Shown here: positions 8,293 to 19,213 of the stretch, piece after piece
How the letters are laid out: every line of letters starts with the position of its first letter
Position numbering within the stretch: the stretch's first letter is position 1
Origin: an uncultured Verrucomicrobiae bacterium
GTDB taxonomy: Bacteria; Verrucomicrobiota; Verrucomicrobiia; Chthoniobacterales; Chthoniobacteraceae
Reading direction: 5' to 3'
NCBI GenBank assembly: GCA_963769025.1
Contig: CAVYKI010000001.1
Location: 1 to 26,104, forward strand
Length of the DNA: 26,104 bases
The notes under the pieces: generated by a model
Told to the model about the DNA's origin: nothing
What the model saw: only the letters and a program-made list of their open reading frames with translations
Databases searched by the model: none
Made by a program: the position numbers and the translations under genes

Positions 8293-8898
8293 TCAGAATT
8301 TCATCGAAGGGTCGGCGACCTTCGTCACCGTCACATTATCGAGAAAGCCCGGTTTTACCATCCAGATATAAACCGTCAGGTAGCGCACTTTCTTAAGTGC
8401 CGCTGTCGCCGCCGCCGAGAGCTTCACGCCCGGCAGTTCGATCTTCTCCTGCTTCCACGCATCGCTCGAACCGGTGGTCGCCTTGCTCTGGTAGATCATC
8501 CGCAGTTCGCCCAGCTCGGGATTGTCGTGCGGCCTCACACCCGGCGTCCATTGATATCCCGCAAAGTAAACGCGGTAGCCGCCGCCCTTGATGTCAAAGG
8601 TGCAGACGTACCTGAATCCCGGCTCCAGCGGAAACGCGCGGCACTCCAGCTTCACCCCCGCATCGCCCGCATTTCCAAATTGCGCGACATTCCCCCGCCC
8701 GGCTTCCTGCACGATCGAGAGGTGCTTCTTGTTCCCGATGTAGTGGCTGTTCCCCGTAAACGCGTAATCCGTCACCCAGCCTTTGAACGGCTCTGTCGGA
8801 TGGTCAAAACTTCCGTTTTCCATCAGCGACTGCGCCCAGGCGCTTGGCACGGCGAAAGAAGCGGCAATTAGGGCGAAGCTGGAGAGGAGGAATCGCAT
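8293..8898 (-). CDS. Secreted galactose-binding-like/CBM4_9-like beta-sandwich protein, ~201 aa
   Basis: Signal peptide MRFLLSSF..AWA, then QSLMENGSFD; LEPGFRYVCTF; FLDNVTVT. Confidence 0.65.
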   Translation of the reverse strand: MRFLLSSFALIAASFAVPSAWAQSLMENGSFDHPTEPFKGWVTDYAFTGNSHYIGNKKHLSIVQEAGRGNVAQFGNAGDAGVKLECRAFPLEPGFRYVCTFDIKGGGYRVYFAGYQWTPGVRPHDNPELGELRMIYQSKATTGSSDAWKQEKIELPGVKLSAAATAALKKVRYLTVYIWMVKPGFLDNVTVTKVADPSMKF

Positions 8899-8939
8899 GG
8901 CGGGAGCGATTGCATTTGATAACCGGGGAGTGGCCCGGA

Positions 8940-11144
8940 TCACGGCATATTTCGGAATTTCCGGAGCGCCCAGGAAACGGCGAGCATCGCCATCAGGCCC
9001 GCGACGACGGGCCATTCGCGCCAGAGCGTGCGGTATTCGGCGGTTTTCTCCTCGGTTGCGTGGAGCTTGAGCGTGGAGAGGCCCTCGTTCAGCGCGTCGA
9101 GGTTTTCATAAAAATGGCCGCCGCTCGCGAGCGAGATGGCCTGCAGGATTTCGACGCGCGCGGGGCGCGGCACCGTCTCGGGGGAGTACGGTTTTACGAA
9201 AAAGCCGAACGGCTCGCTGGTCAGCGTCTGGCCCTTCACTTTTGCGCTGGCGACCACTTTGTAGAGCCCGGGCTGCTCGGCGGAGAACGGCCACCCGTAG
9301 CCGGGGAAACTTTTTCCCGAGGGCAACGTGACGAGTTGCGGGGCCATGCGGTAGGGGATTTCGCGTTTGTCCGGCAGCGTGATTTTTGCCTCCACGCTGT
9401 CCGCCTGCGGGGCGTTCTCGCTCGCGAGGCGTGCGTGCAGTTCGATGGATTCGCCGAGGAAAAGCTGATCGCGGTCGGCGAAAAGTTCGAGCCGCAGTCC
9501 GTCGGACGCCTCCTCGCGCGGGAGGAGCCACGAGAGCATCTGCTTCCAAAAGCGCTCGTATGGCTTCTCCTTCCCGGACTCCGGCCCGAGCTGCCAGCGC
9601 CAGAGCGAATCGGTGAGGATGGCCGTCACTTTTCCCTGGCCGAAACGCTGCGTCACCACGACGGGCTCCGGCCCGGTCGGCGTCTCGGCGTTGACCAGCG
9701 TCTCCGCGGCGGGCGAAAGGGTGAAGCCGGTGAAAAGCGAGAGCACCGGCGGAATGTTTTGCCACAGCGCGGCGTCGCCCGCGAATGCCGGATGTCCGCG
9801 CGCCGCTTCGCTGAGCCGCACGGGATACGGCTTCTCGCCTTCGATCGTTTTCACGTCGGTGCTGCGCACGGGCAGCATCTTGCCGAGGTCGGTCCCCACG
9901 AGGCCGCCAGAGGTCCAGCCCTTCGTGCCGCCGAGCAGGATGAGGCTCCCGCCGTCCTCGACAAACTTCACGAGGTTCTTCGCGCGCGCCTCGCCGAGTT
10001 CCTTCGCGTCGATGTTTCCGAGCATGATGATTTTGAAATACGCGAGCTGCTGCGGCGTCATGTCGGGGGTGACATTGCCCACGGGCGTGCCGCCAACCGG
10101 TGCGCCGTCCGCGCCGGTGAAAAAAATCACCGGTGAAATCTGCTGCTCGGCCAGCAGCACGCGGCGCAGGTACTTGTATTCCCAGCGCGGAATTCCCTCG
10201 ACGTAGAGCAGCCGGTTGCGCGCGTCCACGACCTCGACGTTGAGCACATACTCGTTGTCCTCCTTGCTCTTTTCGCCCGGCAGCGGCGGCACGAAAATGC
10301 GATAGCTGAAGACGCCCATCTTCGGATGATCCAACTCGAACACCAGTTCGCGCTCGCCGCCGTCGTCGGGAATCTGCGTCGGCAATTCGCTGCGCATCGC
10401 GCCGTCCTCGAAAATCTGCACCGTCACCGGCGCGCCGCGCGTGCCCTGTCCGGAGACCTTCACCTTAAACTCCGACTTCCATCCGATGGTCACGCGCCGC
10501 GAAGTCGTCACCGAGTCCACGCGCAAATCCGGCTCTTGCTTCCAACCGCCCGGCGGCTCGGGCCGCAGCGTGTAGATCGGAAAAGGCCGCGCGGTGCCGG
10601 TCCAGTCGTCCAGCGCCTCGCTCGTGTCCGCACCGTCGCTCAACAGAAGCATCCCGGCGATGTTCAGCCCTGCGGACCGATCGGCGATTTTCTTCAACGC
10701 CTCGCGCAGCCGCGTGGCCGTCCCCTCGGGCTTGAGCGACGCGATATTTGCGGGCGGAACATTTTCCCCCAGTTCCGATGCGAACGGGAAAATTTCGATG
10801 TCGCACTCGGCGGCGAGCGCCTCCAGCCACGGGCGTTTCAGCGCTTCCTGCGCGGTGGCCCAGCGGCTCGGAACGTCGGGCGATGGCGTGAGCGTCATGC
10901 TCTGCGAAGTGTCCAGCGCGATGAAGAAGCGCGGCTTGCGCAATTGCGTGAGCGCGTTCTTGAGCCCGGGCAGCAGCAGGCACCAGCCCATGCCGAGCAG
11001 GACCAGCGCGTAGAGCAGGAAAATGACGGCATTGAGCCACCGGCGCGGCAAAAACTTCCACGCCGTCAGCGCGCCGAGGAGCAGCGCGGTCGCCAGCGAT
11101 GCGACGATCGCCGAGACGGGAAATGTGTGCTCGTAAACGATCAT
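8940..11144 (-). CDS. Membrane-anchored VWA + class I glutamine amidotransferase-like domain protein, 734 aa
   Basis: MIDAS-like LDTSQSM and LLSDG; LLYVEGIPRWEYKYLRR; FVEDGGSLILLGG; RFGQGKV..LWRW; N- and C-terminal TM helices; ATGA overlap with the upstream gene. Confidence 0.8.
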   Translation of the reverse strand: MIVYEHTFPVSAIVASLATALLLGALTAWKFLPRRWLNAVIFLLYALVLLGMGWCLLLPGLKNALTQLRKPRFFIALDTSQSMTLTPSPDVPSRWATAQEALKRPWLEALAAECDIEIFPFASELGENVPPANIASLKPEGTATRLREALKKIADRSAGLNIAGMLLLSDGADTSEALDDWTGTARPFPIYTLRPEPPGGWKQEPDLRVDSVTTSRRVTIGWKSEFKVKVSGQGTRGAPVTVQIFEDGAMRSELPTQIPDDGGERELVFELDHPKMGVFSYRIFVPPLPGEKSKEDNEYVLNVEVVDARNRLLYVEGIPRWEYKYLRRVLLAEQQISPVIFFTGADGAPVGGTPVGNVTPDMTPQQLAYFKIIMLGNIDAKELGEARAKNLVKFVEDGGSLILLGGTKGWTSGGLVGTDLGKMLPVRSTDVKTIEGEKPYPVRLSEAARGHPAFAGDAALWQNIPPVLSLFTGFTLSPAAETLVNAETPTGPEPVVVTQRFGQGKVTAILTDSLWRWQLGPESGKEKPYERFWKQMLSWLLPREEASDGLRLELFADRDQLFLGESIELHARLASENAPQADSVEAKITLPDKREIPYRMAPQLVTLPSGKSFPGYGWPFSAEQPGLYKVVASAKVKGQTLTSEPFGFFVKPYSPETVPRPARVEILQAISLASGGHFYENLDALNEGLSTLKLHATEEKTAEYRTLWREWPVVAGLMAMLAVSWALRKFRNMP

Positions 11145-13277
11145 ACTTCAACCGGTGCGGGCTTCTGCTTTTCCACGTGCCCCGCCGCGTCCACGCGTAC
11201 TTTGCCGCCGCCCTTGCTGCCGCGCGCGAGCGCGTTTGCATACGCGAACTCAATCGCCGTGAGCAGGAGCGCGAGCCACAGTAGATGCTCGCCGTACGTG
11301 CGCCCCACGCGGTGTTCCTCGATCAGCCGGCGCAGCGTTGCGACATCGTTGGCGACGTTCACGCGATCCACGCCGAGCTGTTTCGGGATTTCCTTGTCGG
11401 CGACGGGCGCGAGATTCGACTCCTCGCGCGGGAGATTCACCGCGAGTGCGGGCTTTGCCTCCGGCTGCTCCGCGGTCGCCATCGCGTAGATGCCGGGCAT
11501 CGTCAGCGCCTCGGCATTCAGCACCGTCTTGCCCTGCACCACGGAGCTGCGAACCGGCACCGGCTGTCCGTCCGGCGTAGTCAGCGCGGGCGCGCCCTTC
11601 ATCTCCGGAAAACGCTCGCTGAGCGAAAGCGAATCCGTGGCCCACACGAACGGCGTCTTCGCCCCCACGCCCGCGCCGTAGTCCGCGCATTGCAGCATGA
11701 GCGGGAGAAAAAATGGCGACAGCGGGAAATCGCTCCATGTGCGATCCGCCGACACGGCAAACATCAGCACGCGCCCGTCGCCAAATGGCCGCTCGATCAG
11801 GAATGGCTGCTCCGCGCCCATCGCGACGATGCGCTGCGTGGCCTCATGCATTTTTTCCCACGTGAGCCGACGCCGGATCGCGAGCGCCGGGATGCCGATC
11901 CCTTCGCGCAACGTGCGCACGAGCAGATGCTGCGGCAGATCCCACGTGAGCGTGCGGTTGCGCTGCGCGAGCGCGAGATCCTCGATGGCGGACGGCACGC
12001 CGGGCAGGCAGTTCCACGCCGCGTAGGCATCGGGCTTCGCGCCCATGCCGGGGAACAGCACCATCACGCCGCCGGTCTTCACGTAATCCTCCACCGCCGC
12101 GATCGCCTGCCCCGAGAGCGGCAGCGCATTGCAGAGGAAAACGCACGCGTACGCCGAGAGCGGCTTGTCCGTGATCTGCTCGGGCTGGATCGTCTCCATC
12201 GCCGACGCGCGGCCGAATCCCGCCTTCAGCGCCGTGCGCAAAAAGAGCGTCTCGCTTTCGCTCCCGACAATCAGCGAGGGCATCTGATCCTGGACGCGGA
12301 TCAGAAAATAAAACGCGTTGTCGATCGGGAGATTGTCGTCCGGCGTCTGGATGCGCGCCGCGTGCATGCCGACGGCCAGCGGCGGCAGCGTGAAACTCGG
12401 TGCCGACGCCTCCGGATCGTTCGCGTTGATCGAGCGCCGCCCGGCCTCCTTGTCGTCAATGATGAGCGTCAGCGTCGTGTCCGCCGCCGAGCCCGTGCGC
12501 AGCAGCTTCGCGGTGACTTTCACATCCGCGCCCTTGCGCGCCACGGGCGGCTGCAATTCCACCGACGCCACGCCCGCATTTTCCGGAGCAGGCACGCCGA
12601 GCAGCGAAACGAACACCGCCGTCTTCGCGTCGAGTTCCACCTTGTCCGTCGCGATGCTCTGCCACGGCAGCGCCTGATTGTCGGTGATGATGTGAATCTC
12701 GCGCTCACGCCGCGCATCCGCCTTGAGCAGCGCCTTCATCGCCGCCGCGAGCGACGGCGCGAGCCGCGAACTCCCCTGCCCCGGCTGCTGCGCGCGCAGC
12801 CGGCTGAGTCCCTCCACTTTGTTCCCGACCGGCTCCGCCACCAGCGCCTCCGGCTGCTCGTGCGCGAGGAAAATGCAGAACCGATCCTTGTCGCTCAGCC
12901 CCTCGATGATCGCCGCCGCCGCCTCGACGCCCTTGTCCCACACCGCGCCGCGTTCCGTGTGATAGCCCATGCTGTACGAGGCATCGAGCACGATGGCCAC
13001 ATCGCGCGGCGCCTCGCCCAGCCAGCGCCAGCCCGCTCTTGCGGATCATCGGCATCGCAAACGCCATCCCGAGCAGCGCCATGATCATCGTCCGCAGGAA
13101 CCAGAGCAGGAAATTTTCGAGCTTCACGCGCCGCGACGAATGCTTCTCCGCGAGCTTCAGAAAACGCAGCGTGGGAAACGGAAGCTGAATCTTCTTCCGG
13201 TTCTGCATGAGATGCAGCAACAGCGGCACGCTCGCGCCGATGCCAGCGGCGATGAGGAAGAGCGGGGAGAGGAACAT
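11141..13277 (-). CDS. BatA-domain + VWA protein, ~711 aa after correcting one +1 frameshift near 13025
   Basis: BatA N-terminus MFLSPLFL..PLLLHL..PFPTLRFL..LLWFLR joins WLGEAPRDVAIVLDASYSM (MIDAS) if one base is removed; IITDNQ; GATase-like region; C-terminal TM helix. Confidence 0.8.
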
Positions 13278-13382
13278 GGGCGGCCTGATTCGAAATCGAG
13301 AGCCTAAAGCGCGGCGCTATGCGGTTCCATGATCATGCGAGCGGTTGTCCAACAAGGCCGGAACAATTGGAAGGACTCGGTT

Positions 13383-14895
13383 TCACTTCGGCTCAAATCC
13401 CTCGCGGATCTTTCCATCCCTGCCGATGAGCGGCTGCGGATTCTGTGCGCGCCCGAGCTGGCGGCAGCCCGGCCCGATGCCATCCATGCCGAGGTCGTCC
13501 TTCGTCGCCTCGGCCAGCGCGCGGAGGCGCTTCACCACCTCGGGATTCGCTTCGGCGACGTTCTTGGATTCGCCGATGTCGGAATCGAGATTGAAGAGCT
13601 GATCCTCCCGGACGGCTTCCGGCTTCTTTGCGTTGTCGCCCTTCTTTGCATTTTTCGCCGCAGGCTGATCGGCGGAGGCGAAGCGGAGTTTCCACGGGCC
13701 GCTGCGGACGGCTTCAAGTTTGAGGCCGCGGAAAAAATAGAAATCTTCGTGCGGCGACCTCGCGCCCGGATCGCCAGCGAGCACTGGCCAGATGTCACCG
13801 CCATCAATCTTGCGGTCCGCCGGCACTTTGCCGCCGGCCAGTTTCACGAATGTCGGCAGCACGTCGAACATGCCGGTGATCGCGTCCGTGCTCGTGCCGG
13901 CGGGAATTTTTCCCGGCCACCACGCGATGGTCGGCGCGCGCATGCCGCCTTCCCATGTGCTGCCCTTGAAGCCGCGCAACGGCGCGTTCGATCCGCGCGC
14001 AGTGCCACCGTTGTCGGAGGTGAAAATCACGAGCGTCTTTTCGGCGAGCTTCAGTTCGCGCAGCGTGTCGAGCACCTGGCCGACGCTCCAGTCCACTTCC
14101 TCCACCCAATCGCTGTAGATTCCGTTCGGGGATTTGCCCGCCCATTTCTTGCCGGGATAAATGCGGGAAGTGAACGGCGCTGTGCGGCAGGTAGAGGAAG
14201 AACGGCTTGTCCTTGCTGGCGTTGATGAACTTCACCGCCGCCGTTGTGTAGCGCTCGACGATGCCCTGCTGCTCGTCCTGCCCCACGGTCGCGATGACCG
14301 TCTCATTTTCGACAAGCGGGAGCGGTGGCTGACCCGCGCCGGTGAGGCCGGTCTCGGCGTTGCCTCCGGAACTGCCGGGCTTTGGTTCGGGAAGTTTGTC
14401 GCCGAGGTTGCTCTTCGATCCGTCCTGGCCGGTCCCCATGTCGTTCGAGTACGGGATGCCGAGGTAGTAATCGAAACCACGGCGGCGCGGCAGGAATTCC
14501 GGCTGATCGCCGAGGTGCCATTTTCCGATGCACGCCGTCGCGTAGCCGGACTCCTTCAACAGCTCCGCCACCGTGCGCTCGGCGGGACTCAGGCCGACCG
14601 CGGAGCCGGGAAAGAGCACGTGCGGAATCGGCAGCACGCGCTTGGGATAGGAGCCCGTCATCAGCGCCGAGCGCGACGGCGAGCACACCGGCGCGGCGTA
14701 GAAACACGTGAGCTTGCGCCCTTCCCTCGCCATGCGGTCGAGGTTCGGCGTGCGGTTGAGCTTCGACCCAAACGGCCCGATGTCCGCATAGCCCAGGTCG
14801 TCGATGTTGATGACGATGAAGTTGGGCCTGTCTGCCGCGGACGAGGAGCCGGCAAGCAGGCAGAGTGATGAGAGCAATAGGAGGAGGGTCTTCAT
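13383..14895 (-). CDS. Secreted formylglycine-dependent (Cys-type) arylsulfatase A-family sulfatase, ~503 aa after correcting one +1 frameshift near 14164
   Basis: Signal peptide; RPNFIVINIDDLGYAD; CSPSRSALMTG; GKWHLG; HSAVHFP joins IYPG..YSDWVEEVDWSVG; FTSDNG; KGSTWEGGMR. Confidence 0.92.
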
Positions 14896-15072
14896 GGGGG
14901 CTTACTTTACCGGATGCTTCCGGGGAGGGTTTCATTGCAGGGATCCCCGAATGACGATGCAATCGTTCTTTGGCCGGAGCCCCGTTCGCCGAGACCACCT
15001 GTGCCACACCCAGCCGGCTCAACTTTTTCAACCATCCGCTTCCGCTGCCCCGAGAGGCTGCTACTGAAAGTC

Positions 15073-16479
15073 ATGCCGGAAAACACCACCCCGCGACCCA
15101 CACTGACTCAGACCATCGGGGGCTGGCAGATCATGTTCTATGGTCTCGGCTCGATGCTCGGGGCCGGCATCTACGCGCTCATCGGCAAAGCGGCTGCGGG
15201 ACTCGGCAATGCCACATGGCTCGCATTTCTGATGGCGATGATCGGCGCGCTTCTCACGGGCCTTTCGTATGCGTGTGTCGGCGGGCGCTACGCGAAGGCC
15301 GGCGGCGCGGCCTACGTCACGCAGCGCGGGCTGCGCAATCCGCTCCTCAGCTACGTCATCGGCATTGCGGTGATGATGAGCGGGCTCACGAGCATGGCCA
15401 CCGGCTCGCAAGCGATCGTCGGACAGTTCCGGGAACTCTTCGCGTGGGACTTCAGCGACACAACGAACAAGCTCCTTTCCATCGGCGTCGTCTTTCTCGT
15501 CGGCTGCGTGATCTACCGAGGCATCCGCGAGAGCATGTGGCTGAACATCGTCTGCACCGTCATCGAGGCCGCGGGCCTGCTTTTCATCATCGCCGTCGGC
15601 GTGCGATTCTGGGGCGGCGTGAACTACCTCGAATCGCCCGGCGACACCGTCGCGGGCGGCGCAGGCTCGGGCATCACGCTTGCGCTCGTCATGCAGGGCG
15701 CGGTGCTCACGTTCTATTCGTTCATCGGCTTCGAGGACATCCTCAACGTCAGCGAGGAGGTGAAGAATCCCGCGCGCAACGTGCCCTTCGGACTCATCGG
15801 CGCGATGCTGCTTGCCACTGGCATCTACATGGCCATCGCCATCACCGCCGTCTCCGTCGTGCCGTGGCAGGAGCTGGCGAAAAGCGACGCGCCGCTCATG
15901 GAGGTGGCCCGGCGTGCGGCACCGTGGTTTGGCGGCATCAAGCCCGTCTTCGGCTTCATCACCGTCTTCGCCATCGCGAACACCGCGCTGCTGAATTACC
16001 TCATGGGCTCGCGCCTCCTCTACGGCATGAGCCGCCAGAGCCTGCTCCCTGCAGTGCTCGCGACGATTCATCCGAAGCGCCATTCGCCGCACATCGCCGT
16101 CGTCGTGCTTTTCGGAATCGTCTCGCTGCTCATCCTCAGCGGCGGCGTGAAGCAACTCGCGGAATCCACCGTGCTGCTGCTGCTCATCGTCTTCACGGTC
16201 GTGAATGTCTCGCTCGTCGTGCTCAAGCGCCGTCCCGGCGAACCGCGCGGCGGATTCGAGCCGCCGCTGATCGTCCCGGTGCTCGGGGCCTTCGTCTGCG
16301 CGTCGCTCATCGTCGTCCGCGTGCAGAGTGCGATTGTCAGCGCCGATCCCGCGCAGCACACCGCCCCGCTCATCGCGGGCGCGATCATCCTGATCAGCCT
16401 CGTGCTCTACACCGTGCTGAAGCCGAAGACCCCGACGGCCGATTTCAGTCCCGGCGGCACGGATGGGAATGCAACCTAG
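15073..16479 (+). CDS. APC-family amino acid permease, ~468 aa
   Basis: GLGSMLGAGIY, AGGAAYV, YSFIGFED..SEEVKNPARNVP, SRLLYGMSR; about 12 hydrophobic segments. Confidence 0.92.
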   Translation: MPENTTPRPTLTQTIGGWQIMFYGLGSMLGAGIYALIGKAAAGLGNATWLAFLMAMIGALLTGLSYACVGGRYAKAGGAAYVTQRGLRNPLLSYVIGIAVMMSGLTSMATGSQAIVGQFRELFAWDFSDTTNKLLSIGVVFLVGCVIYRGIRESMWLNIVCTVIEAAGLLFIIAVGVRFWGGVNYLESPGDTVAGGAGSGITLALVMQGAVLTFYSFIGFEDILNVSEEVKNPARNVPFGLIGAMLLATGIYMAIAITAVSVVPWQELAKSDAPLMEVARRAAPWFGGIKPVFGFITVFAIANTALLNYLMGSRLLYGMSRQSLLPAVLATIHPKRHSPHIAVVVLFGIVSLLILSGGVKQLAESTVLLLLIVFTVVNVSLVVLKRRPGEPRGGFEPPLIVPVLGAFVCASLIVVRVQSAIVSADPAQHTAPLIAGAIILISLVLYTVLKPKTPTADFSPGGTDGNAT

Positions 16480-16537
16480 GACCGCACGCGTTGGCCGGTT
16501 AGCGTGAGTGTCCGACTGCCCCGGTCCGCCGCCCTCC

Positions 16538-17653
16538 ATGAATCTCCCCCGCCTCCTCGCCGCCGTGTCACTGCTTCTCACCGCGTGTGCTTTCGCGCAG
16601 CGGCGCGAACCTGCCGCAAACGTCGTCACCGTGCGCAACGCCGCCGAGTTGCGCGCCGCGCTGCAGGTGCTCAAGCCCGCGACCGTTTTGAAAATCGCGC
16701 CGGGCGAATATCCCGGCGGCCACTCGGTGCAGGGCGTCGAGCGGCTCACCGTCGAGGCGCTGGATCCGAAAAATCCGCCGCACTTCAAGGGCGGGAACAC
16801 GGCGTGGCAGTTCTCGCGCTGCGACGGGCTCACACTGCGCGACGTGCGCGTGAGCGGACAGCAGGCCAACGGCATCAACCTCGACGACGGCGGACAGCTC
16901 GACCGGCCGGTGAAAGGCATCACCATCGAGCGCGTCGAAATCTCCGACATCGGCCCGCGAGGAAACCACGACGGCATCAAAGCCTCCGGCCTCACCGGGC
17001 TGACGATCCGGGACTGCACCATCGCGGGCTGGGGCGGCCAGGGGATCGATTTCGTCGGATGCCACCAGTCGCTCATCACCGGATGCCGGTTCATCGGCAA
17101 ACCGGGCTTCACCGCGAGCGCGGGCGTCCAGCTCAAAGGCGGCACGTCCGGCGTCGTCGTGGAAAAATGCCGCTTCACCGACGCCGGTCAGCGCCCCGTG
17201 AACGTCGGCGGCTCCACCGGCATGGCGTACTTTCGCCCGCAGGGTGCAAAGCACGAGGCCAGCCGGATCATCGTCCGCGAAAACATCATCGAGGGCGGAC
17301 TGTGCGCCGCCGCGTTCGTCGGCGTGGACGGCGCGGAATTCACCGGCAACACGATCCTGTTCCCCACGAAATGGATCTTCCGCATTTTGCAGGAGACAAC
17401 CGCGGATGGCTTCGCCCCGTGCCGCAACGTGCTCGTGAAAGGCAACCGCATCGTCTTCCGTCGCGCGCAGGTGCAGACGGATATCAACATCGGCGGCGGC
17501 ACCGAACCCACGACGTTCCGCTTTGAAGGCAATCACTGGTTTGCCGAGGACCGCCCCGGCGCGTCGAAGCCGCAGCTCCCGGTCGCGGAAAAGGACGGCG
17601 TCCACGGCACCGATCCGCGGCAGGCTGCTCCGGTGCCGCCGCGACGGCAGTGA
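16538..17653 (+). CDS. Secreted right-handed parallel beta-helix repeat protein, ~371 aa
   Basis: Signal peptide (AFA-Q); LKIAPGEY; NGINLDDGG; DGIKASG; GIDFVGC; repeated I-x-x-C/N-x-F/I strands. Confidence 0.85.
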   Translation: MNLPRLLAAVSLLLTACAFAQRREPAANVVTVRNAAELRAALQVLKPATVLKIAPGEYPGGHSVQGVERLTVEALDPKNPPHFKGGNTAWQFSRCDGLTLRDVRVSGQQANGINLDDGGQLDRPVKGITIERVEISDIGPRGNHDGIKASGLTGLTIRDCTIAGWGGQGIDFVGCHQSLITGCRFIGKPGFTASAGVQLKGGTSGVVVEKCRFTDAGQRPVNVGGSTGMAYFRPQGAKHEASRIIVRENIIEGGLCAAAFVGVDGAEFTGNTILFPTKWIFRILQETTADGFAPCRNVLVKGNRIVFRRAQVQTDINIGGGTEPTTFRFEGNHWFAEDRPGASKPQLPVAEKDGVHGTDPRQAAPVPPRRQ

Positions 17654-17794
17654 GGGACCGCACGTCGGAATACGTCAGCGGCGCACTCTGTCGCACGGAA
17701 CCGCGCTGTGGCGTCCAAGATTTGACGGCTGGAAATTTATAGTCCTTGTGTTGCGAACGGCGCGTCGCGGTAATGCGAAACCACACAACACCAA

Positions 17795-18211
17795 ATGCAT
17801 ACAAAACAAGCGACCGTCCTTCTGAATGCCCCCGAACTCCGCTCCCGCGGCATCCTGAATCTCTTCGTGGCGATTGCTGCGTTCCTGGCCGTTCTGAGTC
17901 CTGGCGACAGTTTCGCTCAGAACATGGTGAAGAAATTCGTGATCATCACTTCGGACGCGTGCAACGGGGAATTTTCCTGGACCAGTGAGGCTCAGGCCAT
18001 ACGGGATCTGAAGGGCGAGTGCGCCAAGAGCGCGGCCCGGAAAAAGGACGCGATGGCCCGCCAACTCGGGACTCACATCTCCTTTTCCAAGGAGGTGAAT
18101 TGGATGCTGATTCCGCACATGCGCACCTTCAAAGGCGTCAGCAAAGAGACACGCTACAAGGCGCTGCAGGGGTCGATGGCTTACGAGTATTATTACTACG
18201 TAAAAAGGTAA
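17795..18211 (+). CDS. Hypothetical, probably exported small protein (up to 138 aa)
   Basis: Hydrophobic segment followed by SFA-Q; two Cys; protein-like composition; fills the gap between convergent genes. Start is uncertain. Confidence 0.55.
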   Translation: MHTKQATVLLNAPELRSRGILNLFVAIAAFLAVLSPGDSFAQNMVKKFVIITSDACNGEFSWTSEAQAIRDLKGECAKSAARKKDAMARQLGTHISFSKEVNWMLIPHMRTFKGVSKETRYKALQGSMAYEYYYYVKR

Positions 18212-18260
18212 CCGGGAGTGCCTGCGCCAGCGATCCTGGCAGCTCCGAGATTCCAGCCGC

Positions 18261-19213
18261 TCACCTGCTCAGGCGGCGGCGCTCCTCGAGGTAGGCGCGC
18301 ACGAATGACTCCAGCGGCTGGTCCGTGCGCACGAGGCGGTAGTCGATGTTCATGCCGGCGCAGGCTTTCTGGTATTGTTCCAGGAACGCTCCGAAGACTT
18401 TCCGGTACTCGTCGGCGAGGCCGCGCGGATTCACGGCAGGCGCTCGCCGGTTTCGAGGTCCTGCAGTTCGCAGGCTTTCTTGAAAGTCAGATCGATCTCC
18501 GCCGGATCGAGCGTCTGAAAGACGATCACGTCGTGGCGCTGTTTGCGCAGGTGTGCGAGCGCCTTCACCACCGCGGCTTCGTCGCCGAGCAGGTCGGAGA
18601 TCACCACGACGAGCGCGCGCCGCCGCACGGAGCCGGCGATTTCGTGCAGCGTCTGCGCGATGCCCGTGCCCTCGCCGGGCGGGTTCGACTGCACGTGCTT
18701 GAGCATGTTGTTGAGATGCTGGAACGAATTTCCCGCATCCATCCGCACATCCACTTTTTCCGCGTGGAGAAAAAGTCCCACGGAGTCGCGCGCCTTCACG
18801 ATGACGTAACCGAGCGCCGCGGCGAGATGGCAGGCAAACTGGAACTTCGTCGGACCTTGCCGTCCGAGGAATAGCCCATCGAGGCGCTGCGATCGAGCGC
18901 GAGGTACACGCGCAGGTTCGTCTCGTCCTCGTAGCGCTTGATGAAATACTTGTCCGTGCGCGCGAGCACGCGCCAGTCGATGTGCTTCGGTGTCGTCGCC
19001 CTGGCCGTAGGATTTGTGGTCCGCAAATTCCGAACTCGGCCCGCGCAGCGGACTGCGGTGCGCGCCGGCGAGATTTCCCTCGACCGTGTAGCGCGAGAGC
19101 AGCACGAGCCGGCCGAGCTTGTGCATTTCCGCCGGATTCAGAAACGCGGCGATGCCCTCCTTTTCCGGTGCCTTCGCGCGGGGCTTTTCCTTTGGTTGCG
19201 GGTCGGAGGCCAT
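18261..19213 (-). CDS. DUF58 family protein (VWA-like MoxR partner), ~317 aa after correcting three frameshifts (~18991, ~18855, ~18438)
   Basis: GAHRSPLRGPSSEFADHKSYGQGDD / KHIDWRVLARTDKYFIKRYEDETN..LDRSASM / DSVGL..VVVISDL..DPAE / EYRKVFGAFLEQY, spread over alternating frames; TGATG overlap with the upstream gene. Confidence 0.9.

Noticed and set aside
17722..17743. Sigma70-like TTGACG ... TATAGT promoter
   Set aside because: The spacing is only 10 bp, incompatible with the usual 16-18 bp.
18215..18246. Hairpin between convergent genes as an intrinsic terminator
   Set aside because: Short imperfect stem (GCCAG/CTGGC) with no U-tract on either strand.
18261..19213. DUF58 and other frameshifted genes as true pseudogenes or programmed frameshifts
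   Set aside because: Motifs are intact, there are no nonsense codons or slippery heptamers, and the indels are scattered over unrelated genes; sequencing error is more likely.
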